Part shown: piece after piece, positions 13,400 through 24,204 of the stretch
Numbering within the stretch: the stretch's first letter is position 1
Layout of the letters: each line of letters starts with the position of its first letter
Assembly (NCBI GenBank): GCA_026026165.1
Contig: JAPEUD010000014.1
Coordinates: 62,001 to 126,000 of the forward strand
Direction: 5' to 3'
Source of the DNA: Sarea resinae
Taxonomy: Eukaryota
Length of the DNA: 64,000 nucleotides
Made by a program: the position numbers and the translations under genes
Notes under the pieces: generated by a model
Seen by the model: the letters and a program-made list of their open reading frames with translations, nothing else
What the model was told of the DNA's origin: nothing
The model's database searches: none

Positions 13400-14300
13400 T
13401 CTCTCTATACATTACCTAAGACGCAAGACATTATTTGTACATTGTGAATCTTGAGGTGTTAGTTGCGGAAAGAAACGAAGTACGGGGGCAAGAGTTACTT
13501 ATACTGTGATATATCACCAAACGCGGAATTCAATGAGATCTTGTCCTTCGTGGATCATTGACAGTCGCTTCTGCAACTCGAGTGTTGGTGATATCTTAAA
13601 AGTTCGGAGAGCTGATTGACATTGTCGTTATATCTAGTATATTCTCTGCCTACAAAGCCACTGATATCTTTCTTATTATCTGATCCTGTACCTGAAGAGT
13701 CAGTAATTATCTCCTAGATGCTGTTACCTGTTAGGACTTACTCTTCGCGCTATTATCTGCAATATTTTAGTACAATGTTTATCAAGAACAAAGTCCTAAA
13801 CAGTGACACGTACCTCTGACAGACTTGACTAATTGTCTATTGTCGCCTGTCAGCTTACACAACTGTTCTAGATCGTATTTTAGTAGGCCTAGGCGTTGTC
13901 TAGGGGTGTGTAGCTTATTTGTATCAACTAGCAGCAGACGCACTTTAGAATCTACTGCATGACACGTTGAATTAGCAGATAATATAGATATTAGTAGACC
14001 TACACGTACTCTAGTTAACATTATTATCTAATCAGTCACTAGATAATGCATGCCTGACAGTGTGAGATGTATTAAAAAACTAGGTAAGAGGTAACAAGTA
14101 ATGTATTAGGTAACAATTAAAGTGATAGGTATAGTGAGGTGAATATTTCGTTAGTTTATAGCTCGCTTTTAGGCAGTTCTTTTATAGCAAATAAATCACT
14201 TACTTGTTTGCTAGATAGAGGAGAGATGATGTAGATAAGGTATAGAGAAGGTGTAGTATATGTAGAGAAGATATAGGAAAGATAGAGGTAAGAGAGATAA
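13400..14300 (-). pseudogene. RIP-like decayed, intron-containing gene relic
   Basis: TpA-rich, AT-rich block. A residual ORF (13782-14021) runs into GTACGT...ACTAA...TTGCAG, an intron-like segment, followed by many TAG/TAA stops. Confidence 0.45.
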
Positions 14301-14649
14301 GGCAGGCAGAATCAATGTTAATATTTAGTCAAGTTGACGTGAATAATAGTAGCCCCTGGCTGGTCAAGTCGAGAATGCATCAGGTCAAAATAGCATTGGA
14401 CGGACACGCATACTCGGTGGAGGCGGCCCATAGAATGGGCTCGACAATTAGGAGCATCAGAGACGACACTGAATGTGACCGCCTTTGGGCGGCAGAGATC
14501 GCCCTCTAAGCAGATACTTTGTCGTACTCGTTGCCTTAGGCTGTTCTCTTATCTTTCTTGTAACTTTTCCCCTGGTATTGATGCAAACAGGTTTCATAAA
14601 GAAAGGAGTATGTTATCAGGGATTGCGAGGCGCGTCCTATTACTGAACG

Positions 14650-15259
14650 CCCTTTATACAGCCCCAGGTATATTGTGATATATCACCGTTGCTATCCTTC
14701 CGACCATGAACACGGCCAACAAACTTAACGCTTTCGAGTGCGTTAAAGCTGGGTCGACTACCTCGTCCGAGATTGCTTCTATCGAGTTGTTCCTTGAGGC
14801 CCGCAAAGGACGAAGTGTTCTCAGCAAAATATCTGCGACTTGCGAGTCCCAGTCATTCCGGGTTTTGGTCTTTGGGCCAGACAAGGGTTTGGTTGTTATA
14901 CAGACACGTCCCTAGCCTGCGTGGACAGTTTTTGTCAGAATCTGGCTTTATAGCGGCCAGTGGGTTTTCTGTTTCGAGCAAGTCTCTAGTATTAGGCTAT
15001 CGTGTTATGCTGTGTTTTATGTTGCTACTTCTTCACAAACTGTTTTTGCTTTTTCTTTCTAAGCTGTGTTAATAGCACTGCACCTATAAGGTATCAATAG
15101 GGGTGAAAAATTCTGTCAAGCCCCCTGCCGTTAGTGTTTTGTCCTCAGATTCCTGTGAGTCTGATGCCGGCCTGTTCGTTGCCGCCTCCACCTTGTTCGT
15201 CTCACTCACTTTCTGTTCGCTTGGCCTCTTCACCTTGAAGCTCTTTCGTGGTGAGTCCA
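14650..15259 (-). pseudogene. Decayed ORF of unknown product
   Basis: MDSPRKSFKVKRPSEQKV...FTPIDTL* continues in frame through TAG/TAA/TGA stops that are each one transition from CAG/CAA/CGA or TGG. Confidence 0.4.
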
Positions 15260-16105
15260 TCTTTTGATGAGGACGCGAGGGTGACGAAAGCTCCAGAATC
15301 TAGCGGGGAGAAGTTCCAATTGCCTTATCAATCGGGGATCGTCCACGACGAGAGATCAATAATACTTTCCAGTTCACAAGCCCACTTCTTGTTTCCTTGG
15401 CAAAATTTGCGGAACTTAATACTGAGAAACAGCGAAGCCGAATGTAGAGGGGGTCAGGAAGGAAAAGCATGAGGAAACAAGAAAACAGAGGGTCTCAAAG
15501 CGGCAAACAGAGAGGCCGGGGAATGGGGGAGCGGCGACAGAGGGAGCAGCACAGACAGGAAGCGGCAGGCAAGGAGCAGCGAGGCAGAGCTCGAGAAGTC
15601 TTCTTTCTGAGCAACGACAACTATATTCAAGCGAGTCGCCATCCAAGCGTTGCACGAATCGTGCTCTGGCTACCGCTTTCCCTCATATTGGGAAAATAAT
15701 CGTAAGAGTACCTCACGAAGAGGTTGACTAGAGGATATCAATAATCTCAGAGAATACCTTGTCTTGTTCTGGCTGCTGTGCTCACCTCAGTAATCTTTGC
15801 AAGGCCTAGAGCTCTTGAAAAGAGTGCGAGCGCGTTCGTGCCAGCCACTCCGTCTACCGCATTCAAGGAAGCAAAGCAATCCTGCGCTTGATAGGTTAGC
15901 TTCTGAGGCTAGTCAGTAGGTAAGCTACTCATTAGCTTAGTGATCAAAGAGCGTCAGTAGAGTAAGGCGCTCTTAGAATATTCGACTGTCTTCTGACAAA
16001 TTAGGTGGAAGTCAATAGCAGAAGGGTAATGTGTCTGGTGATTGGAGAAGAGAAAAAACAGAGTGAATAGGTACTCCATACGGCCACAGGACAGGAATGC
16101 TTCAT

Positions 16106-16950
16106 TCACCACCTAAAGCCCAATTCACTTCCTGCAGTAAGATTTCCAGAGGGAAGGATACGAGAAAGTCCGTCTGCAATGGCGAGTTGTCTACCGCGCA
16201 CATGTTGTAATTCAGTATCGAATTCTGAGTGTCTCAGATGCCATCGAGACAGTCTCCTAGTGGCTCCGTCTCCTTTGAAGATAGGAACTAATGCCGCGTG
16301 GTCATTGTATACTTTTGTAGGATGAGGAGAATCTTGGATCAACCAGGCAACTTCCTCGAGTCCTTTGAGGACTCCTAATCCTTTGCGCTGTGTCGTATGG
16401 TGTTAACTCTCCGCGTTTAAGAACCTTAATGACAGAAACATCAGGCTTCGAATGTTCTCGTCATTGAGTTTCGCCGTCGTTCCTACTGGTGGTCCGAGCA
16501 ACTGGAAGAGGACTCCTCCTGCTCCTGTGACAGAGGCATCCATAGCGATAAAATACTGTTGTTGAGGATCTCCGGGCGTCGTAATGTTCTTGACGACCGA
16601 TTCCTTAACGAAATTGATCGCATTCTGTTGTTCCTGAGTCAATTCGAACCCTATCGTCTTACCAGTCCGCTCTTCGTCGAATAAGCCATAAAGCCAGCCC
16701 CGACCCAGTTCGGAAATAACGCACTTACAGATGGTATTCAGCATCCGTGGTTCTCCATAATTTGTAATGGTATCTTTGATATTATCGACGAAGATTTGTG
16801 CTTTCCACGGATCTGGCGCAGTCGATGGGACGAACTCTTCAATGGATTGTGTCCTGAGTTCCGTTGGTACGCCATCATTCCCATTGTCGCCGTTCTCTTC
16901 TAACGCGGTTTGGCGGAAAATGCTAGCGGATGGTGCACGCATACAGATAT
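16106..16950 (-). mobile_element. Ty3/gypsy LTR-retrotransposon remnant (gag-like piece, RT connection, RNase H)
   Basis: FELTQEQQNAINFVK...YFIAMDASVTGAGGVLFQL...FLSLRFLNAES*HHTTQRKGLGVLKGLEEVAWLIQDSPHPTKVYNDHAAL...RLSRW...IADGLSR is a typical Ty3 RNase H with one in-frame stop. No LTRs or integrase were seen. Confidence 0.85.
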
Positions 16951-17099
16951 GACCTTCGACGATTTGCGCCTGTCCAGCTTCCCAGAGCTTATCGAACTTT
17001 GCTGGTAAACACCTTGCAGAATTGCCCTTGCGGCAAAACTACATATAGTCCTTCTGATCCGGTAAGTACCACAGCTGCTGATTATATAGAGAGTCAATA

Positions 17100-18068
17100 A
17101 ATGTTTTTAGGACTTGAATTAGAATGATCCAGGTCTTAGCCCACGTGCATCTGATTTGCCCCTATTTTCAGTATACTTCTGCAGTTGCCTCCTCCTGTGT
17201 CTAATACCACGTAGTCTTTCACTGATTAGAGTCTCTCTTTCTGTGCGTCTAAGTGAGTCTGTAAAATACTTTTCATCCGCTCTTATAGAACTTGCTTGAT
17301 ACATTTCCCTAATAGCTTTGTCTTTGTAAAGGGTATAATAGTCTAGCACAGCTAGAGGTGTTACCTAGATAGAGATATAGATGTAGTAGAGTATTCTTCC
17401 CCTATAAGATGTTTAGAGAAGTAGTAGTAATTAGTAGCTACGCTATAAATAAAGATATACCTAACCTAAAGATAGTAGTAAGCCTTAGTCTTTTCTTTTC
17501 TTTTCTCTTAGCAATAGTCTTAATTTTATAAGACTTGAGACGCTCTAGGAGCTTGTTAAGAGTAGAGTGTCTGCATGTAATATTTCATAGTATCCTTAAG
17601 CTAGTAGTATAATGGTGAAAATTAATAAGCTAGGAGAAGTGCGGCTCTATAAGAGTAGCCTGTATTTTATCAGATATTCTTATACCTGCTATAGCTTGTG
17701 TTGCTAGAAGATCTATCAGTAGCTAGTAAATCAACCTCCTAAGATCTTTATCCTGTACAAAGTTACCATAAACTGACAGCCAGAGTGTACACTTTAATAC
17801 TCACGACTTGGAATGTAAGAATGCCTGTAGTCATTTCGAATACCATTTCGACTTCATCTAGAAATTAAGAATTAGCTACTGCCCTACTTAGTCAGAGAAA
17901 CTTCAATATTATAGGATACTAAATGCACCTGAAACAGTCCTCAAGAGGGTGCACACACTTTGAGAGTTACCTACTAGACAAGGCGATGGAGACTTTGTTC
18001 GGCGTCAGGTCGGGCTGCCCATCTTTTGAAGATATCCCCGGAGTATCTATATTCTCATGGTCGAACAT
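17100..18068 (-). pseudogene. RIP-like decayed, intron-containing gene of unknown product
   Basis: ATG at 18068 (MFDHENIDTPG...). Candidate introns 17970-17929 and 17804-17753 (GTGAGT...GTACAG) keep one frame, interrupted by transition-type stops. TATA-like TATATATA near 18280. Confidence 0.5.
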
Positions 18069-18653
18069 GTTCGAGAACTAATCAACAGCTATATCTGCAC
18101 AACGATCTCCCGAGGTGACTGCGTAGGCCTTGCTGGCACTGACAGATGCGTCGTAACACTTATGTATCGAATCGATTTCATCATCGGTGTATAGACCGAG
18201 AGGCTGGCTTCGAAACGGCCGACGGAGGCAGAGGAGAGGGAAAAACAAGGGAACATAATAGAGTGGGCGTGTGACAAGATATATATACCCTCAAATGCGA
18301 GCATCCTGTCAAGCCAATTTGGCGTATTTCAGCAGTAGAGTGAATGATTCAGTGCCCGACGCGGTGAATTAGGAGATTCACAGACATGCGATGATTGGCC
18401 CTCCCATAATCACGAGGGCAGAGTAGAAATCCTACATGTAGGTAATATAGGCAAACGGGAGGAGGATTGATGTCATGTCGTTCATTCATATGTTGATTGT
18501 ACAAGAGGATACCTCCAATTGATTGGGTATATCCAGAATGGCCACACCTCAGGAGAAACCCGATAACCATAGCCTAGCAGACGCCCAAACCTCCAAAGCC
18601 GCCTATAATGTATGCCCTGTGAATGCCATAATCATTGTCATCATCAGAAAAGC

Positions 18654-20306
18654 CTACAATTTAGTTTCCTGCCTATTCGAATCTATACTCTGGTCAAACA
18701 AGCCGCATATATTTAATTATGGGAGGAAACTTACCACTTAACCGTCTCGTCGGCTGCAACGGAAGACTTGGCCCATTATCACCTCCTCCTCCCCTCGGCC
18801 TATTGTTACTCGGCCCGGCCACCCCCGCAGCAGCGGCCGCCGCTGCCGCCGTCCTCGGCTGCGTCTGAAGTCTCGCACTCATCAGCCAATGCAGCTGCAT
18901 CCGCATAGAATTTAGAGCCGCATTCGTATGCGCCATGTCTTCCTTGGTGCGAAGGCTTTCATTCATGAGCATGACACTAGATTTGGCGTCGAGTTCAGAT
19001 ACAGCGGCAGAAACCCGGTCAACCTCCTCTCGGAGATTTTCGTACAGGGAGAGGAGATGGTGCATTGCGGAGTCGAAGGGTTGTGACTGTGACTCTGCAG
19101 GGCTAGGAGCCTCAGGCCCCGAAAGTCCCGATAGAGCGGCTGGTGAAGTTGATGAGAGAAGAGCGGAGTCCACATCATTGCCGCTACCGCCAAGGATGGC
19201 CTGGATGGAAGTAAAACCCCCTTCTAAGATGTCATTTCTTCGCCACAGGTCTCTGAGAGCTATTTCTTGTTTGTCTAGCCTTTCTTTCTGGGCGATGAAT
19301 GATGGAGCTAGAGCTGCGAGAGGGCATGACGCGGTATGTTCTGTCAGCTCGTTACGTCTCAAGACAAGCGTGCAGCCACAAGGAGCTCCTGAGCAAGGGA
19401 ATGTGGCGTCGGGACATTCAGTCAGATGCATTTCGAGCTCTTGCTGGAATAGCTGATCATGGCAATGGGGACACGAGACTCTTCGCGATTGACATGTAGT
19501 AGTATGAGCCTATATACTTTTGTTAGCACCTCCCGCTAAGACGTAAGAGACTGTAGTAATAGGAGCCAATTCTTGAATAAACAAAATTTGATGAGCCGCA
19601 TGTTTGTGAAGACGCTTACCTCAACTTCGCTCTGCATCAGACTCTTTCCACAATTATCACAATCCGTCGCATGATGTAAGCAGCCTCTCCCTGCATGCTT
19701 TCGACTCACTTTCATCTCACAAGCTGAATCCGGACACTTCACCGCCTCATAATCGCAGTACTTCCTAACATGCGACTCAACGTCACCCCTAGACGTAACA
19801 TGCCCACAGCCTTCCTCATGATGCGGACATTTCACCAGTAACTCATCAATCATTTGTCTGATGGCCCGCGGAACAGGTTGGATCAAATGTGAAGACGTTG
19901 GCGATCGACAAGACGGGCAATTCCTCGAATCCCTTGGCTGATTTCTGAGAGCTTCATTGACGCATTGCTGGCAGAAGATGTGGTCGCAGGTAAGCCGTAC
20001 AGGATCAACGAAGGGGCATCGACAGATAGCACAAGTGAGATTGTTATCGACTGGTCCTACATAGTCGAGGAGGTGAAAGTCGATCGATGGCTGAGATGCA
20101 GACGGTTCGCGGACTTGGGGTTGAAGACTGGCCACTGCTGACGACTCATAGTCTACCGACCGGGCGTCGTGGAAGGCTGGTAGAGGAGAATGTGCAAGAA
20201 ATCGCGTATCCTCATCGATGGTGTTCTCTAAGCTCAGTCCAACAGACGGTTGGCTCCTCAGAGCCTCAAGGAAGGTCTGTGTCCTTCGTTCCGGTGAAAT
20301 AGGCAT
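18654..20306 (-). CDS. RING finger / TRAF-type zinc finger protein
   Basis: C3HC4 RING CAICRCPFVDPVRLTCDHIFCQQC...CPSCR followed by TRAF zinc fingers and a coiled-coil. Introns ~19619-19511 and ~18734-18683. The last mini-exon gives DSNRQETKL*. Confidence 0.85.
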
Positions 20307-20657
20307 CCGTTGATGCTATAAGCGGCTGCAGGAGCCGGCTTTCACGGGTGATTGTTCTGTATTGGAGCAGATCAGAAGGCAAAGTCTCCTCCATGCACTG
20401 TGAATTGGGTGGGCGATGAGTATTGATGGCGTTGAAGGATGAAGAACAATGAACAACACCTGCTTCTTACGGCTGGCGACGTAGGGCGGGGTGGCCAACG
20501 GGACTTGCCGGCGGTAACACGGGGTAAAGCATGGAGTGAGAGCATGGATCAAATGGCCCGAGCTTCTAGACCAGGAACGACACCTCGCGTCTCCCAAATC
20601 GAGACCCTGATGAACGGACAACATCATGAATATACTCAAGACGATGCATGTGCTTGA

Positions 20658-22071
20658 ATGCTGTACCAAATGATGGACCTCATAAATCGAGGGCTGGACC
20701 TCGCGTCCAATCCAAAGTATACGAGATGGCTGTCTCCCTTGCTACTCGTCGCGGACGCTGCTCTATGCGCGCTCATCATCTGGAAAATACCCTGTGAGCA
20801 GTTTACCTGGCCCTTTCCTCTATTTACGGATTCGTATAGATGCTAATAGGCATTGCCAGATACGGAGATTGACTGGAAAGCGTATATGGAGCAGGTTGAG
20901 CTGTATCTCAACGGTGAACGAGACTACACCATGATCAAGGGCGGAACCGGCCCCTTAGTGTACCCAGCCGCTCATGTCTACATATATACGGGTTTATACT
21001 ACATCACAGACCATGGAAAGGATATCCTGACTGCGCAGATGGTATTTGCCATCCTGTATCTCGGAGTCCTAGCCATGGTCATGGCGACGTATCGAATGGC
21101 AAAGGTAAGATCACTATCGTATAAAGTCGAGGCTCTTGGACACTGCGCTAATAAGTTTCTAGGTGCCACCATACGTGTTTCCACTACTCGTACTTTCAAA
21201 ACGATTGCATAGTATATTCCTTCTCCGTCTATTCAACGACTGCTTCGCGATCGGCGCCCTCTTCGTGGCCATCTATGCGTACCAAAAGCGCATGTGGACA
21301 ATCGGCTCGCTCGTGTATTCATGGGGTCTTGGAGTAAAGATGAGCTTATTGCTAGCCCTCCCGGCTGTGGCCTCTATTCTTTACCAAGGCATCTTTGTCA
21401 ACCGGGCACTGCGTCAGGCATTTCTTATGCTTCAAGTACAGGTCCTCATCGCATTGCCCTTCCTTCAAACCAATTCCATTGGATACCTATCACGCGCATT
21501 CGAGTTCACCAGGCAATTCCTCTTCAAATGGACCGTCAATTGGAGATTTGTTGGCGAAGACACCTTTCTCTCAAAGCCATTCTCGATCGGCCTGCTCAGT
21601 CTTCACGTAGTTCTTCTCCTGGGATTCCTCACCACACGCTGGCTCAAACCCTCGGGTCACTCTCTTCTAGACATTGTGCGCTCGGTCTTCAACCCACCTC
21701 CGTCGAGCGAACAGAGAAGCATATCTCTCCGCGTCACACCCCAATTCATCCTCACGTGCATACTGTCGGCGAATGCAATCGGCATGCTCTGTGCTCGATC
21801 CCTCCACTACCAATTCTATTCCTTGATCGCCTGGGCTACCCCCTTCCTGGCCTGGCGAGCAGGCCTGCACCCAATCTTGCAATACCTCCTCTGGGCCGCT
21901 CAAGAGTGGGCCTGGAATGTCTATCCCAGTACGGACACGAGCTCGAAGGTCGTCGTAGGCATATTGGCCGTGACGGTTGGTGCCGTATGGTGGGGTACGA
22001 GGGACGAAGCTGATGTAGCTACCGGCAGCAGCAAAACGAACCCAAGCCGTGGCCGTCCAAAGACGCAGTAA
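20658..22071 (+). CDS. ALG3: Dol-P-Man:Man5GlcNAc2-PP-Dol alpha-1,3-mannosyltransferase
   Basis: [64 protein letters not shown] and [10 protein letters not shown]. Two introns. Confidence 0.96.
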
Positions 22072-22145
22072 AATTAGAACTAGGAATGTCTTCAAACAAT
22101 AAGAGACGATATCCTCGTAGAGTGTATCATCCATCTCCATCAGTT

Positions 22146-22598
22146 TTAATCCTCTTCCGAATCACTAGGCGGCATCTTGCCCACCCTGGACTGCTCCTCC
22201 TCTTCATCACTCTCCTCGCCATAATAATCATTCCTCTTCCCAAATTCCCCGGGCCAATACCCCATCTTGCGCCACTCCCTCTCTCCTCTCACCACATTGA
22301 CTACCTCCCCGCCGATCTTATTCTCCCGCCCTTCCTGCGCCGTGAGATCGACCACCACGTAGCCGCCGCGCTTGATCCACACGGTCGACCGGAAGCGCGA
22401 CGGTAGCTCGACTAGTAATTGTTTGTTGGCAGCAGCGGTGGGGGGGCCATCGGTGGGTGAGGTGGGCAGGGAGACATTGTAGAGGTTATTCCCTGCAGCG
22501 GACAGGACGCGGGCGATGGTTTGGTTGGCGGGCAGGGATGGGGGCGGGGCCGTCGTGAGTGCGATGGTGGACTGCAGGACGCGTTTGGGCGGAGGCAT
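22146..22598 (-). CDS. eIF1A-domain (S1/OB-fold) protein, EIF1AD-like
   Basis: IARVLSAAGNNLY...LVELPSRFRSTVWIKRGGYVVVD...KIGGEVVNVV...YWP with an acidic tail. Confidence 0.85.
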   Translation of the reverse strand: MPPPKRVLQSTIALTTAPPPSLPANQTIARVLSAAGNNLYNVSLPTSPTDGPPTAAANKQLLVELPSRFRSTVWIKRGGYVVVDLTAQEGRENKIGGEVVNVVRGEREWRKMGYWPGEFGKRNDYYGEESDEEEEQSRVGKMPPSDSEED

Positions 22599-24204
22599 TG
22601 CGGTGGGTTTGATGTCAACGAGTTGGGTTTGGTGGTTGCGAGCGGCTGACACGCCCTTGAGATCTTGCGATGTTGATATCTGAAAGGGAACATAACCTAT
22701 GGAACCTGGAAGCTCGCGGCCCTGAAGTTTTCGAGACTGGTCCGGCTCGGAGAAATGATTCTCCTCGCCCCACGCCTGACAGCTGGAGGGATGGACGATG
22801 CATACCTATTGCTTGTCTCAAATGAGGGCATGTAATTACTACGTAGTAGTCCTCGAGGACTCTTGATAATGGTATCAAAAGACTCTTTTCCTTCCACTCT
22901 CCGTTCGATGAGAATTGCAGGATTCGTGCATCTCTACTACGAAGTACACATATTCTACGCTTTGCCTCGTGAATCTCACCACCCAGCAACCCTCGAGGTC
23001 ATGACACCTGGCGAGCTTGAGGCGACTCGCAGGTCGTCTCAAGACTGATCCGAGTACCTATGAAGTTACGTCGCCGAAAAATGATCTGTAATAATATGTC
23101 CACGGTTGTGGGATTGGCACGTCTTCATGCCGCCCCGTCCGAGAGGTCAAGAGTACACGTACCTTACATAATCAGTAGCCAGACGGTTCGGTGCGTTCGG
23201 CTTAGAAATCGACAGTACTGCAGTACTGCTTGTACTCGGGAGTACCGCGTCGGCCTGCAGAGTCTCTCACGGCGGAGGATTCTGAGATCGATCGGCGGAG
23301 GTTGGCGGCAGTGATGAGTGATGGCGGGGCAGGCGGCGGATTGGTGACGCGGGGGCTGCGGCCGAGGTGGACCTTGCACTTGACCCGGAGGAGCCTTAGC
23401 ATGATGACGCTTCCTTGTCCCTGCCGCTTCCACCACGCTCTGGGCCCGCTGGCCTCTGCATCTTCACGGCGGACCCCTCCTGGATATTATCACGGAGTAG
23501 AGTACTACGTAGTACGTAGTATATCAGTTCATTCGACGACATCTATAGCCGGGCACTCAATTGCTCTCTTCCCTAGACTCCTCTAGAAGCTGGACATCTG
23601 GCCGACCTTTCCCCACCAAACCGACGCTGCCCCCCCTCTCTCTCGAGATCAGTCGACTGATTCCCTCTGCAGCTCCGCACGCTACAGGCCCGCCTCCGCG
23701 TGGACCAGGGCAAGACCGCCTACCTGTATCTATATCCCACTGCCCCAAGTGCCTTTTTCCGGAGTAGTCTATCCGTCCGTCTTGGGGAGGGGAGAGCCCG
23801 GGTGCACACTGTAGGGACACGGTCATGCAAACAACGGCCATTGCTGCCAAGGGACGAGATCCCGTCTTTCATTGGCGCCGTAGACTCGAGATGAGGGAGT
23901 GGCCTGAGCCCCTAGAGCCCCTAGAGCCCCTCATCGTACTCATACTCTGTCATCTCCTTCAGTATCAGCACCACGGCGTTAGGAATTAAGATGGCGTCAC
24001 AAACCAGTGTAACACGCCCGGCTGCCGGACGGGCCCCACGACCGACTCCATCTTGACATCATGGCCTCCAGTATATAAGACTCGCAAAGTTTCCAGTTCC
24101 CCATGAATTGTCTCCTCCACCTAATCTGCTGAACCATTTACTGCCCTCAATTGACTACCGACTTGACCTACTCAACCAAACCATAGTATCTTCTTCCATC
24201 CATC

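Noticed and set aside
18005..18184. Possible box C/D snoRNA on the minus strand (ATGATGA ... CTGA)
   Set aside because: No terminal stem and no recognisable rRNA-complementary guide. The region is better explained as the leader and first exon of a relic gene.
11120..18330. Intact LTR pair, TIRs or a tyrosine-recombinase captain in the island
   Set aside because: None could be recognised by eye, so no specific element class is annotated beyond the gag/pol fragments.
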